Of a stretch of DNA of 64,000 nt, positions 32,687 through 44,923 are shown in pieces. Each line of letters begins with the position of its first letter. Positions within the stretch are counted from its first letter, which is position 1. Made by a program: the position numbers and the translations under genes. The stretch is from an uncultured Thermoleophilia bacterium (GTDB taxonomy: Bacteria; Actinomycetota; Thermoleophilia; UBA2241), in the NCBI GenBank assembly GCA_963715985.1, contig CAVQSP010000014.1, positions 704,001-768,000 of the forward strand, in the 5' to 3' direction. The notes below the pieces were generated by a model, which had not been told where the DNA came from, ran no database searches, and worked only from the letters and a program-made list of their open reading frames with translations.

Positions 32687-33181
32687 ATGCGTAGGGGGTA
32701 CTGGGCCGGAGTCGTCATCATCGTGATCCTGGTGGTGGTGGCGGGGTGCGGGACAGGCTGCGGGAACGAAAGCGGGAGCGTCGCCACACCGGCATCGAGC
32801 GCCACACCTACAGTGGGCGCCTCGCCGTCCTCAGGCACCACTCCGACATCAGGGGCTACTCCGGCCGCGGGTGCGAAGCTGGCGGTGCTGACGGGCGACA
32901 GCACCGGACGGGACGAGCAGCAATCGATCCCCTTCAGCCTCAACGCTGGGGACCCGCTCGAAGTCCGCTACTCGGTCGCGCGCGGTTCCGGACCCGTCCA
33001 CCCTACGGTCGTCATCCGCCTGAGTACGTGGTCGGATTCGCCCGTCGACGCAGCATCACTGACCCTGAACAAGGCCGGCAAGGGATACGGGCCGCCGTGG
33101 ACGGCGCCCGACGACGGGCAGTACACCGTCTCCGTGGAGAGCGTGAACGCAGAGTATCGCGTCACCGTCACCAGGAAGTAG
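32687..33181 (+). CDS. Putative lipoprotein
   Basis: Hydrophobic N-terminus with VAGC lipobox, Ser/Thr/Pro linker, beta-rich domain; RBS AAAGGAG. Confidence 0.7.
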   Translation: MRRGYWAGVVIIVILVVVAGCGTGCGNESGSVATPASSATPTVGASPSSGTTPTSGATPAAGAKLAVLTGDSTGRDEQQSIPFSLNAGDPLEVRYSVARGSGPVHPTVVIRLSTWSDSPVDAASLTLNKAGKGYGPPWTAPDDGQYTVSVESVNAEYRVTVTRK

Positions 33182-33296
33182 GGAGCGGGACGCACAGATG
33201 TCCCGTGCCCTTACCAGTCTCCGAACCCGATCGCAGGCCAGCGGACGGGCGAACCCCTGCCGAGCTCGCCCGTCCGCTCCACGCTTCCAGTCTGTC

Positions 33297-34770
33297 CTAT
33301 CCCTGGGTGACGTTCACCGTCCCCGAGGAGAAGCCGTAGATGCCCCACGCGTCGCTGTGCGTGGCGCGGGAGTAGGCATAGACGCGGTAGCCCGTGCCGG
33401 CGGCACGTCGAGGGTGACGCTGTCCTCGAAGGGCAGGCTGGCGGCGGCGTGGAGCTTGCCCGCATACCAGCCGTTCGTGGGGCTCACCACCCAGATGCTG
33501 AACTCGCAGCTCGCGACCGCGGCGTCGGTCGTCCAGCTCACGGCCAGCGGGTCGCCCTGGCTCTTACCGGTGGCGGCGAGGGGCGCGACCATGATCGCGC
33601 TGAACACGGCGACGAAGTGGGCGGTGACCGTCTTGTCGGCGTCCATGGTCACGGTCGTCGAGGCGGCGTTCGAATCGGCCACGTCGCCCTCCCAGTGGTG
33701 GAAGGCGCAGCCGGGATCGGGCGTGGCCGTGACGGGCACGAGCGCGCCGGCATCGTAGGTGTGGCTGCCGGCGGGCGGCGTGGTGCTACCGCCGGTCCCC
33801 GCCACCATGGTGAGGACTTGGGTGGCGGCCACCGGCAACGGGTTGACAAGCACCGCCACGATCGCCCACCAGGCGTCGGTAGTTGCCGTCCAACTCATAG
33901 TGACCGAGCCACCGGCGACCTGCTCTGTGCTTGCCGCGCCCAGTGCGTTGGACGTGGATGTGTTCCACCGCTGCGCCTGGCCCGCGTCTACCGTCACAGT
34001 CTGTCCGGACGAGTAGCCCACAAACACGTTGTCGAACACCAGTTCATCACCGGTTAGCCCGTTCAGGGTCACGGAGGGGGTCTTGTTCTGGGCGGTTGCG
34101 CTGGCGCCAGCTGGAGTGCCGAGCGGCGCGGTCTGATCCACGCCGGCGAAGTTGACCGCTCCGGCCACGATGCCGCTGCTGACCGCACCGCTCAGGGTGA
34201 CGGTCACCGTTCCCGTGACGCCCTTCGGCGGGCCAAGCAGCCTGTAGATAGCGGAGTGGCGATGCGTCGTCGTCGTCGGTGCACACCTCTGGGCTATCAC
34301 CTCGCTCAGAGCGATGGGCGAACCTTCCCCAGGTGTGAACGCAACAGAGGTGATGGTCTGGTTGCTACCGCTGGTCGTGCCGCAGTTCCAGGACACGCCG
34401 ACGAGCATCAACCGATCGGTGCCGGTGCCTGTAGTGTGCGGGAAGATCACACTGCTTACGGCGGCGGCGCCCGTGCCGCTAGACGGGGTGCCGTCGACGC
34501 TGAGCGGCATCGGCACGTACTCGCCAAAGGTGGCCGTGACGGTCTTGCTGCCGTTCATGGCTAAGGTCTTCGGGTTCGAGCCGCCGGTCATGTCCCCGCT
34601 CCAGCCGCCGAACTCCCACCCACTGTCGGGTATCGCCGTCAGCGAGACCACGTCCGTGTAGTGGTAGGTCGGCAGGTTGGGAAGCCAGATGACCGTGCCC
34701 TGACCGACGGTATTGACCGTCAGGGAGTACTCCAGTTGCGTGAAGTGGGCCGTGACCGTCTTGTCCGCAA
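33297..34770 (-). pseudogene. 5'-truncated surface protein: InlB B-like repeats, lectin-like domain and one copy of the shared C-terminal module
   Basis: GWEFGGWSG/FHHWEGD repeats; ends ...GYRVYAYSRATHSDAWGIYGFSSGTVNVTQG* after a frameshift near 33400; frame opens after an in-frame stop with no signal peptide. Confidence 0.6.
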
Positions 34771-34914
34771 CTCATCCGGCAGGTTGACGCCTTCGCTGAG
34801 CATGATGGGGGCCTGCTCGAGGGTGCGCTGCACCACGTCGCGCGGCTGCTGCAAGCGCAGGGTCAGAGACGCACCAGGCGGGGGCTGGCGCTCCGAAAGC
34901 GCCCTGACGGAGAC

Positions 34915-36583
34915 CTACCGCTTGATCGTCAAGCTCCCCGCACTCCGTGCGCTCGCCAACATCATGTCCGACCACCAGTGCTCCACGACGACGCGGTACC
35001 CTCTTCCGGCCGGCGCGTTCACCTTCCAGCGGGCTGAGTACGACTTGACAGTGCCGACGACCTCGACCGGCCTGGACGCGCCTGTGATCCGGTAGCGAGT
35101 GCCCGACGCGCTCACCGCCCACACGCGGAACACACCCGCGCCGACTGGGTCCGAGAGCTTCCAGCGGACTGTCTGATTCGTCCCACGCCGCCATATGGCG
35201 GCACCATTCGGCGAGGTCACGCTGATGCGCGCACCGGAGATGACCTTGACGCCGTCTATGGTGCGAGCCTCGCTCTGTGCTTCGCCAGAATCCGACTCGT
35301 ACCGCACGATGATCTGGTAGGTGTCCTCGCCCGGGAGAGCGACGCTGTAAATCCACTCGTAGTCCGTGCTGCCCGAAACTGCCGCCACCGGCGACCCCGG
35401 CACGGTGAGCTGGGTCCGGTCGCCGCCGGGCGACGACGCCCAGACCGTGAATCGGCCAGAGCTCACAGGAGCATCCACCGTCCAGCCGATAGTCTGCTGG
35501 CTGCCGCGTCGCCACGTCTTGACACCGGTGGGTGAAGTGATCGTGACGACCGGCCCCACATCAGCGGCGAAGCTCGCACTGATCGTGTGGTCGGCTTGCA
35601 CGTTGGTGAACTCATACGAACTGCGGATGCCGACGCTGGCGCCGTCGACGCGCACATCGGCGACGTGGTAGCCGAGGTCGGCGCCGATGGTGAAGAGGAC
35701 GCTGCCGCCGGCAGTGACGGTCTGCGGCACCGGTGGACCGATCCAGCCGTGGGCGTCGGGCTGCGGGCGTGATTGTGTACTTGCGCTGGGTGTCCACCTC
35801 GAAGGTCGCGCCAATGGTGTGGTTCGCCTGCACGTTCGTGAACTCATACGTACTGCGGATGCCGACGCTGGCGCCGTCGACGAGCACGTCTGCGATGTGA
35901 TAGCCGGGGTCGGCGCTGATCGTGAAGGAGACACTGCCGCCGGCGGCGACGCTCTGCGGCACCGGCGGGCTTATGCGGCCGTGGTCGGCGGGCAAGGGGG
36001 TGATGGTGAACGGACCCCCGGTGTCGACCGCGAAGGTGGCGCTGATCGTATGGTCCGCCTGCACGTTGGTGAACTCGTACGAACTGCGGATGCCGACGCT
36101 GACGCCGTCGACGAGCACGTCCACGACGTGGTAGCCGGGGTCGGCACCGATCGTGAACAGGGCGCTGCCGCCGGCCGTGACGCTCTGCGGCACCGGAGGG
36201 CCGATCCAGCCGTGTGCGCTGGGCAAGGGGGTGATGGTGAACGGGCCCTCGGCGTTCACCGCGAAGGTGACGCTGATCGTGTGATCGGCCTGCACGTTCG
36301 TGAATCCGTAGGCGGTGCGGACGCCGACGCTGAGGTCGTCGACGAGCACGTCTACGATGTGATAGCCGGGGTCGGCACCGATCCTGAAGAGGGCGCTTGC
36401 GCCGGCGATAACGCTCTGCTCCGTCGCCGGGTCGATCCAGCCGTGGTCGCCGGCGGAGGGAGTGATGGTGAACGTCTGGGGCGGCCCCGGCTGTGCCGTG
36501 ACCTGGGCTGGTTGCCAAGCATAGGCCGCGCTCAGGACCAGGACCGAGCCCACGAGAAGGAGGGCCGAGAGCATCAACTTCAT
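34915..36583 (-). CDS. Secreted protein with four ~77-aa InlB-B-like repeats and two divergent C-terminal modules; frameshift near 35765
   Basis: Signal peptide MKLMLSALLL; FTI.ADPGYH..DVLVDG.SVG..SSYEFTNVQADHTIS.TF x4. Confidence 0.75.
35570..36480 (-). repeat. Intragenic tandem repeat, ~231 bp x4
   Basis: Near-identical DNA units, e.g. at 36231 and 36000. Confidence 0.85.
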
Positions 36584-36838
36584 GTGAGTACGGCCCGGTG
36601 ACTTCACGATTCCACCCCCGGATCTGCCCGGTGACCGTCACGCCACACAGGCCGCCATCTGTCGAGTGCAGGCGCGGCGTTCCGCAGGCTTTGACCTTCG
36701 CTCCGACCCGCAGCAGCCTGCGAATGCACGCCTTCGTGAAGCAAGAGAGTACATGACGTCGGGGGCACTGGCAAAAGGCGCACGCTTGAGCACTTCGTGG
36801 ACCGCCACCTCGCCGCCACGCCGACTCCTGGCCTCCGG

Positions 36839-38504
36839 TCAAGCCGGGGCGGACCCAGAACTCTTCGCGCGGCCCGCACGTACGCGCTTGCCGTCATCGT
36901 CCTCGCGGTAGTAGTACCGCGGCGCGTAGTAGCTGCTGCCCCCCTTGCGACGCGCGACGATCACGCCGAGCAGCGCGCACGGTACCTTGTCGAGCTGCTC
37001 GCGGGCCTGCACGAGTTGCTGCTTGCGCACGACATCCGGCTCGACCAGGAAGAGCAGCCCGTCGACCTTGTCGGCGAGCGCGGGCGTGTCGCCCACGGCC
37101 AGCATTGCCGGCGAGTCGACGAGGACTATGTCGGCCAGCGAGGCCAGCGCTTCGATGATGCCGGCCAGGCGTTTGGAGGAGACGATCTCGCCGGGATTGG
37201 GCGCATGAGGGCCGCTGGGTAGCACGTACAGGCGGGACTTCGCGTCTGATCCCGACGCCCAGTCGGCGAAGCCCGCGCCGTTCCCGGCCGTCTGAGGCAG
37301 CACTGGCACGGCCTGCAGCGAGTCGTTGAGCTGCGTCTGGCCGGTCACTACGGTGGAGACGCCGCGGTCGTTGGTGAGGCCGAAGTACTTGTGCACTCGT
37401 GGCCGCCGCAGGTCGGCGTCGACCACGACCACCTTGTTGCCGCCCAGCGCCATCGTCACGGCGAGGTTCGCCACGGTGACGCTCTTCCCCTCGCCCTGCA
37501 GGCAGCTGGTGAGCACCACCGAGCGCACATCGCCCTCGACGTTCATGAAGGCCAGGTTGGTGCGCAGCATGCGAAAGGCCTCCGCCGAGGTCCCGTCGGG
37601 TTCGCTGATCGTCACAAGCGCCGACTGGTCGAGCAGCCGTCTGGAAATGCGTGGGATGCGCGCCAGGATCGGCTGGCGCAGAAGCTCGACCACGTCGGAG
37701 TCCGTACGCACGCTCGTGTCGAGCAGCTCCAGGAGGAACGCCAGACCCAAGGCGACGAAGAGGCCGAGAGCCAGGCCGATCGCCGCGCTACGCCAGGGCT
37801 TCGGCGCGTACGGCGCCTCCGGCACGGTGGCAGGCACGACGACCCTGAAGCCGCCGTTTGCCGTCCCCTGGAGTATCTCAAGGTCGTGCAGCCTCTGCTT
37901 CAAGATGATGTAGTCCGACGAGGCCTGCTGAGTGCGCGTCGTCATCCTGTCCACCGACTTCTGCACGACGTCGATGGCGTCACCGATCTGCTCCCTCTGC
38001 TGCTCCTGACGTAGTGAGATGAACGCGGTCGCGTACGCGTTTGCGACGACCGCGGCGAGCTCGGCGTCGCTGCTCCGGGCGTTGACGGCGACCACACTGG
38101 AGTAGGTCGTCGTCCCGGCCGTCTGATCGGCTCCGGCCACCACCTCGGCCCCGACGGTGTAGCCGGTCTGGAGGGAACCGGCGCCGTGCCGTGCGACGAC
38201 AAGCGCGTCGGCCCGCTTCTTGAGCTCGGGACTGGTGATCACGGTACCGACGCTCTGGAGCTCGACCGTCCGCTGGGTCGGGATCGACGTAGTTGGACGC
38301 GGACAACGGGTTGGCAACGTTGACGGAGTTCTCGTACATGAGCTGCGCCGACGCGGAGTACATCTTCGTCTGCGCGGCCGAGAGGCCGTACGCGACGCCC
38401 GTCGCCAGCACGACGACCAGCGCCACAAGCCATTTGCGGCGCCAGACGACGGCGAGGTAGTCCCGCAGGGTGGCGCCTTCGGCTCTGTCCACTGTAGTCA
38501 CCAT
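36839..38504 (-). CDS. Polysaccharide co-polymerase / tyrosine autokinase (Wzc/CpsCD-like), frameshift near 38280
   Basis: LRDYLAVVWRRKW, two TM helices, AEAFRMLRTN, GEGKS Walker A, DADLRRP, Tyr cluster YYAPRYYY. Confidence 0.9.
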
Positions 38505-38607
38505 GAATGCTTCATCGTCGCGCGCACTACCGAGAATGATCGATGGGGACGCGCGACGTGCGCTGTGAGTGTATCAGGACTCAGGGTGGCCGCGCCGGGC
38601 CTGCGCT

Positions 38608-39710
38608 TCAGCAAGCGCCCCGGCACTGCAGCACGACGACCACGGTCTTGAACATGATCTTCGCGTCGAGCAGCGGACTCCACTCCAGCACGTACTTCGA
38701 GTCGAGCTTGACGGCGTCCTCGAAGCAGAGGTCGCTTCTGCCCGACACCTGCCACATGCCCGTCACTCCGGGCTTGACCAGCAGCCGGGTGAAGTGGCCG
38801 GGCTCGTAGAGCTCGACCTCACTGGGCTGAGAGGGCCTCGGCCCGACCAGGCTCATGTCCCCGCGCAGGACGTTCCACAGCTGCGGCAGCTCGTCAATGC
38901 TTGTCTTTCGCAGGACACGGCCCAGCCGAGTAACGCGTGGATCACACTCGATCTTGACGAACCGCGGATCGGCCGCGCACGCCGCGCGCAGCTTCGCCTC
39001 TTCGGCATGGGCGCCGGCCACCATCGTGCGGAACTTGAAGATCCGGAAGACCCTGCCGTTCATGCCGACCCGGTCCTGGGTGAAGATCACCGGTCCGGGG
39101 GACTCGAGGCGGATCAGCAGCGCGACCAGCGCCATGAGTGGCAGCAACAGAGTGAGCGTCAGGGCCGCGACGACGACATCCGTGGCCCGCTTCCAGGCCC
39201 GGGCCAGCGCCTGCCATACCCCGCGTCCGGCGTGCACCACCGGCACTTCCGCCCAGCCGAGACCGGTCAGGAGGTGGTAGACGCAGCCCAGGCTCTCGGG
39301 CATGACGCGAAACGCTCTCCCCTCGCTCGATGAGCCGCCACGTCGCGGTGACGGCATGATGTGCGTCATCTGGCGCAAAAGCCAGAACGAACTCGTCGCC
39401 GCGTCACGCAACTCCTCGCGCGGGACTTCGGCGAGCGGACCCGTCACCGGCAGCCCGAACGACTCGCGAACCGCGCGGCTCGGACGGCGGGTGTCGATGA
39501 CGAGGCTGCAGCGGTCCGCGACATCCGCAGAGTCGCACAGTCGCGAGACGGCCGTGGCCGCGGAGTCGCCGGAGCCGATGATGACAAGTGGCCGGGGACC
39601 GCCGCGTGTGCCGCCACGACCGCGCGACACTCGACGGCGCTCGGCCTGACGCTGAGGCCCCGCCGGCCATCCCGCCGGAGCGGCTCGACCGCCGCGACGA
39701 CCTCACTCAT
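38608..39710 (-). CDS. Priming sugar transferase (WcaJ/WbaP-like), probable frameshift near the 5' end
   Basis: KRATD, FKFRTM, DPRVTRLGRVLRKTSIDELPQLWNVLRGDMSLVGPRP, KPGVTG.WQV. Confidence 0.9.
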
Positions 39711-39795
39711 GTCTACCGACGTTGCCAACTAGGTATTGCCCCTTACCGCTTTCGCCGCAGGCCGACCGACTTGAAAGTTTAGTGCATTCGCGCCC

Positions 39796-41086
39796 TCAGT
39801 GACAATGTTCGAGCACGCGCGCGAACGCCCTCTCAAGCAGCCTGTCCCGGTCCAGAAACGCCTCGGCGAACGCCCTCGCGTTGGCCCCCTGCCTGGCTCG
39901 TCGCTCGGCGTCGGCGATCAACGCGTCGACCGCCTCCGCGATCGCGGCCGGGTCTCCGGGCTCGACGACCGTTCCCACGTCGTGCACTCGCACAAGCTCA
40001 GCCAGGGTTGTTCCCACCGTCGCGGTCGCGATAACCGGCCTTCCGCTCGCCAGCATGTTGGTCAGCTTCGACGGCATGACCAGATCAGCCACGTCGGCCG
40101 CCTGGACGATGAGGTGCGCATCGGCCAGGTTGAGCAGCTCGTTGAACGACTCGTCCGGCTGGAGCGGCACCCTGACGAGGTTCGTCAGACCGTGCGTGGC
40201 CGCGGCCGCCGCGAGCGCCTCGCTGTCGGCGCCGTCGCCGGAAACGACGTAGACTACGGGTGACCCGGACTCCTGCGAACGCCGCGCCGCGTCGCCAATC
40301 AAGGCGACACCTTGTTTGCGGCCGAGGTTGCCCGTGTACAGAGACCACCGGCCTGTCGTCGGCGATGCCGAGCGAGGCGCGGAAGCGCGAAGGCCGGTCG
40401 AGCGGCCGCACCAGCGACAGGTTGGCCCAGTTCGGCAGCAGGACCAGCTTCTCCGCGGGCACGCCGAGCTCTCGCTGCGACGCCCAGCATCGGCTCGGTG
40501 ATGGAGGTCACGATGTCGAAGCCCCGCAGGAGCCTGCTCTCGAGCCACTTGAGGGCCGCGCGTCCCGCCGGCGGGAGCAGCCCGAGCCGGACGGCGACAT
40601 CCACCTCGTAGTCCTGGACGTGCAGCCAGCTGCGTGCCTCGGCAGAGGCGCGCCGCCAGCAAAGCGCCCGGCGCGCTCGCCAGCGTCGGCGCGACCACGA
40701 GGATGAAGTCCGGCCTCCAAGCGGCGTGCCCGAGCACGACGGGCAGGCTGGAGGCGGCGAAGGTCGCGTAGTGCGCGAGCCGCCTGAGGCCGGTCGGCAC
40801 CGCCGGGATCCACGAGGGCAGCGCAGCACCGTCACGCCTTCCCCACGCTCGCCGCCGATAGCCAAGGCGCGGATCCTCCGGCCGCCGGCGCCACTCGGGA
40901 TAGTACGGATAGGTGGTCACGACGCGCACGTCCCAGCCCTGTCCGGCGAACCACTCGGCGATGTCACGTGTGTACGGCGCCGTCCCCAGGATCTCCGGCG
41001 CGTAGTTGACGCAGCAGATGAGGAGGCGTGGCTCCGCGTCTCCACATCCGGCTCTGAGTGCTCAAGTCTTGCCCCCGGCTCCTCAT
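39796..41086 (-). CDS. WcaI-like GT4 glycosyltransferase, several frameshifts
   Basis: NYAPE..G..YT, PYYPEW, WLHVQDYEVD, YTGNLGRKQG, DLVMPSKLTNMLASG spread across frames. Confidence 0.85.
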
Positions 41087-41315
41087 GACCGGTCGAGTCC
41101 GCTCCGTGCCGTGTAGCTGACACACAGCCTAGATGAATGACCGCGCACTCCCTCGTCGGACGCCTGCGGCAGCGACTTAGGACCGCCGGTCCGCCGAGTT
41201 CGTTCAACGAGGCGCGTTCGTTGACGTCGTGGCCATGGACGGTCGACGTGGACTCGCACCGCTTCAGAGGAACACAGCGCTCATGATCTCCGCCCCATGA
41301 TGGTGGCATGGTCCG

Positions 41316-42066
41316 TCATGGTCTTGGATGGCATGAAGCACCTTGGAGCGACCGACAAGAAATGAGCTGGCGGGGTGATGAGCCAGAAGTGCGAGAGAGA
41401 TAGGGACTTACGCTGTCAGTCAGCACGTGGAACGAGCCGCTGGTGTAGAGATTGAGGGCGAGCTTGTCGGCAATGACCTGCAGCGTCTTGGGTTGGAAGA
41501 ACGAAACGTGTTGACCGGTTTCGAAGGCGTAGTACCACCACGATTCGGGCTCTGGCGGAGCGCCCTCAAACAGTGTGGTAGAGAAGACCATGGTACGTGT
41601 GTTGGCATGCTCAATGGACTCAGCGACAAAACGCAGTGGGTCTGGAACATGTTCCAGCACTTCAAAAGCAGTGGCAGCTGCGTACGGAGACGCCGGCCTC
41701 GGCCTCTTCGAATCCGCGCGCGAACAGGTTCGAGCAATCATGTCCGACCAGTAGAAGTCAAAGCCTATGTCGCGCATGAGGCGAGCCAGCATGCCGTACC
41801 CCCCCGGCGACATCGAGGTACTTACCCTGTCGGTCAAACAGGAGGAACAGGATCGTAGACAGCGTCTTCGAGATGGCCACATTCCTTTGGACCAATCCGG
41901 TGTCTGCCGCAGCTATTGCACTCGCGTGCGCCTCATCGAGCCAGTAGGGTTCCTGCGTTTGAAGGAAGCCGCACGTCTCGCAGTAGTGGTAGTCGCAGGA
42001 GTACTTTGTGAGGATTGTATGGGAGAAGGCGAGCTTGGCGGCTCCACCGCAGATTCTGCAATTCAC
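41316..42066 (-). CDS. Class I SAM methyltransferase with N-terminal Zn finger, frameshifted
   Basis: CRICG..CETCGFLQT, YLDVAGG, FEVLEHV, WWYY..TGQHVSFF. Confidence 0.8.
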
Positions 42067-42313
42067 CGCACCACCACTCCTCACAGTTCCGCAGGATCCC
42101 ACAGTACTCGGCACGCTGTGCCTGCTTCCGAGCATGTCCAGAGGGGCAGGCGCTTTCGTGAGCACCGCTCCTTACGTCAGGACCTCCATTCTTCGGCCAT
42201 GGTAGCCGATTCGATCGAACACTTGAGACGGCTGGTCAGTCCCGAACTCGACCCAGCACTTCAGGCGTAACCTGCTCGCTTATGCTCAGACAGGCCTCTT
42301 CCGGTGGAGCTCA

Positions 42314-43873
42314 TCAACGACTTGGCCTCGGCCACAGACGTTGTTGCGGCAACCGACCGTCGGCCCTATGGATATCGTCGCCCTCAGGTTGGAGCGTTCC
42401 TCCCGCGCTCGCTTTCGCAATGGACGCGCAGCACAAGGCCAATGCCACATAAGCCCAGCCAAATCGCTGGCTCAGCAGCGGCGAGCTCATACTGTAGACG
42501 AAGAATGCCGCCCCGGCGGCGAAGAGGCTCGCAGCCAGCACCCGGAAACGGACGGTCACGGCTAGGCGGGCTCCGAGAAGTGAGCAGGCAAGCCCTCCCA
42601 GCATCACACAGAGCATGCCGGCCGCTGCTGGCAGCCCCCCCTCATACCACGCCTTGAGCAGGAGGTTGTGGGCGGACCTTGCTCCATCCGGGTTTGGACT
42701 GAGGAAGTCCAGGCCGTGGCCGACCAGACCGCCATTGCCGAGAGCCGCCCAGGTCGCTTTGTAGCCTTGTACTCGAGTCGTTACCGTCGAGTACTGCCCC
42801 CCTTCTGACCGACCGGTGGTAGACAGCAGCCTATCCACGGGAGTGGGGAGGCCGGCGCTGCCTTGCACCTGGGCCACTGCCACGGCCAAGGCCAGAGCGA
42901 CAAACGCGATCACCACCGGACGCAGGCCGCGAGACGAAATGACGATCCATGTGCCGACAGCGGCCATCGCAGCCGCCATTCCGGAGACCGAGCCCGACAG
43001 GACCACTGCCGCGACAATCGACGCAAGGGCGCCCACCCAGACCACGTACTCGCGAAGCCGCGTGGTAGTGACGAGGAGAGCGCACGCAGGTGCGATGACG
43101 GTGGCCGCGGCGGCCGCGAGTTCATTGGGATGCGGGGCGAAGCCGGTCATGCGCCCCGGTATGGGAGAACTCACGAACGGCAAGCCCACCCCACGGGCCT
43201 GCAGGATTGCGGCCACTCCGTCGATCGCGAGCGATACCGTCCACATGGCCATCGCGGCCCGGAGATGCCGGGGTCGCGTGAGGACAAGGGTCGCCAGCCA
43301 GAACCACACCAGCGTCAAATAGGCAAAACGCGCGACGTTGGCAGCCGAGGCGAGAGGAGCCAGGGCCTGAAACGTGGACAACAACCCCGCCACCACGTAC
43401 AGAACCACCCCGAGAATGACGAGGGCGGGGATGCGGAACGTGACCGTGCCTCGGCCCAGCGCGAGGCCCACAAGGGCAGCCCACAGAGCGGTGAAGAACA
43501 GCCAGTCCGAGACCGTGAAACCCCCCCACGGTCTCACCGCCGTCTGGCCGATGGTCAACATGCCTGCGTAGAACAGGAAGCGGGCCACGACGAGTGAATC
43601 CGAGCGCTCGCTCACGATTGCCGGGGGGAACGGCATGCGTTGTGAGGCCTGCGTGCTGCTCTTTCCGCCGACACCCAGGGATGGTCGCGGGTTCACGTAG
43701 CGCCGAGCGAGCAGCAGGATCGAAACTGCCGCGCAGGCGGCGACCAAAGCGAGAAGGAGCGGCTCGGGCAGCGCCACAGAGGCCACCGCGACGGCCACAG
43801 CAGCGCCCACTCCCAGGAGCATGGCGACACCCCGCCGATTCCACCGCGATGCACGTCCGCCAGTCAAGTCCAT
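42314..43873 (-). CDS. O-antigen ligase/polymerase (Wzy_C)-like membrane protein
   Basis: About 12 TM helices; RMTGFAPHPN, AHNLLL...EGG. Confidence 0.8.
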   Translation of the reverse strand: MDLTGGRASRWNRRGVAMLLGVGAAVAVAVASVALPEPLLLALVAACAAVSILLLARRYVNPRPSLGVGGKSSTQASQRMPFPPAIVSERSDSLVVARFLFYAGMLTIGQTAVRPWGGFTVSDWLFFTALWAALVGLALGRGTVTFRIPALVILGVVLYVVAGLLSTFQALAPLASAANVARFAYLTLVWFWLATLVLTRPRHLRAAMAMWTVSLAIDGVAAILQARGVGLPFVSSPIPGRMTGFAPHPNELAAAAATVIAPACALLVTTTRLREYVVWVGALASIVAAVVLSGSVSGMAAAMAAVGTWIVISSRGLRPVVIAFVALALAVAVAQVQGSAGLPTPVDRLLSTTGRSEGGQYSTVTTRVQGYKATWAALGNGGLVGHGLDFLSPNPDGARSAHNLLLKAWYEGGLPAAAGMLCVMLGGLACSLLGARLAVTVRFRVLAASLFAAGAAFFVYSMSSPLLSQRFGWAYVALALCCASIAKASAGGTLQPEGDDIHRADGRLPQQRLWPRPSR

Positions 43874-44047
43874 CTCCAGAAGCCAGCCCGACCGGTCGAC
43901 ACGCCGCGGAGGGTCGGCACGAGCAGCCTGGCACAGTCAGAGTTGAATCCGCGCTGGAATCCTAGCATCGCGAGAATCGTCGTGGCTGTCCTGCATCTGG
44001 TATTCTTCGCCCGCAGTCCGTCAGTCTTCACCCCTCGAGGATGACCA

Positions 44048-44923
44048 GTGGCCACAAGACGAAGCCTCCAAGAGACCTTCTATCCTGAGACTTCGTTTGG
44101 CGGGTTTCCTCGCTCCGATGGGACGATGGCGTTCTACCAGCGGGTCAACGCTCTTCTGAAGCCGTCGGACGTTGTGCTCGATGTCGGATGCGGCAGAGGG
44201 GAGTACGCAGAGGATTCCGTCGAGAGCCGCGCGAAGCTTCGAACCCTTCGAGGCAAGTGCGCTGCAGTGATCGGGGTCGACAGTGACGTTGACGCAGCCG
44301 CCAACCCCTGCGTCGACGAGTTCCGCCACATTCTTGGGGACCGCTGGCCGGTTGAGCGCGAAGCGATCGACCTATGCCTCGTCGACAGCGTTCTTGAACA
44401 CGTTGACGACCCTGATGCGTTCTTCGGCGAATGCCGCCGCGTCCTGAGGCCAGAGGGCTATCTCTGCGTCAGAACGCCCAATGCGCTCGGCTACGCCACC
44501 GTCATGGCGAGACTCATTCCGAACGCGGCACATGCCGCCGTACTGGCGCGAGTCCAGACCGGCAGGAGGGCAGTGGACATCTTCCCTACCTTCTACCGCT
44601 GCAACAGTTCGCGACGGCTTCGAGATGCGCTGCGGCGCCACGGCTTTGAAGCGTGTGTCTACGGCTACGGGCCGGCACCCGCCTATCTCGACTTCTCGAC
44701 GGTCGCCTACACCCTCGGCGTGATCTGGGCCGCCGCGGCGCCCTCCGTCGTACAGGCCGAGCTCCACGGCTTCGCCCGGCGCGGAACATGGCCGGGCGTC
44801 GAGCGCCAGAAGAGCCCAGCGATTGAGTCGCACAGCGGTCTGCGGAGAGTCCTTGAGATACCGAGTTGCCCGCCATCGGACACAGCCCACGCCCCGCGGC
44901 TGCCACTGAAACGCCGGCCATGA
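44048..44923 (+). CDS. Class I SAM methyltransferase
   Basis: VLDVGCGRG, VLEHV, RVLRPEG, RTPN. Confidence 0.85.
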   Translation: MATRRSLQETFYPETSFGGFPRSDGTMAFYQRVNALLKPSDVVLDVGCGRGEYAEDSVESRAKLRTLRGKCAAVIGVDSDVDAAANPCVDEFRHILGDRWPVEREAIDLCLVDSVLEHVDDPDAFFGECRRVLRPEGYLCVRTPNALGYATVMARLIPNAAHAAVLARVQTGRRAVDIFPTFYRCNSSRRLRDALRRHGFEACVYGYGPAPAYLDFSTVAYTLGVIWAAAAPSVVQAELHGFARRGTWPGVERQKSPAIESHSGLRRVLEIPSCPPSDTAHAPRLPLKRRP

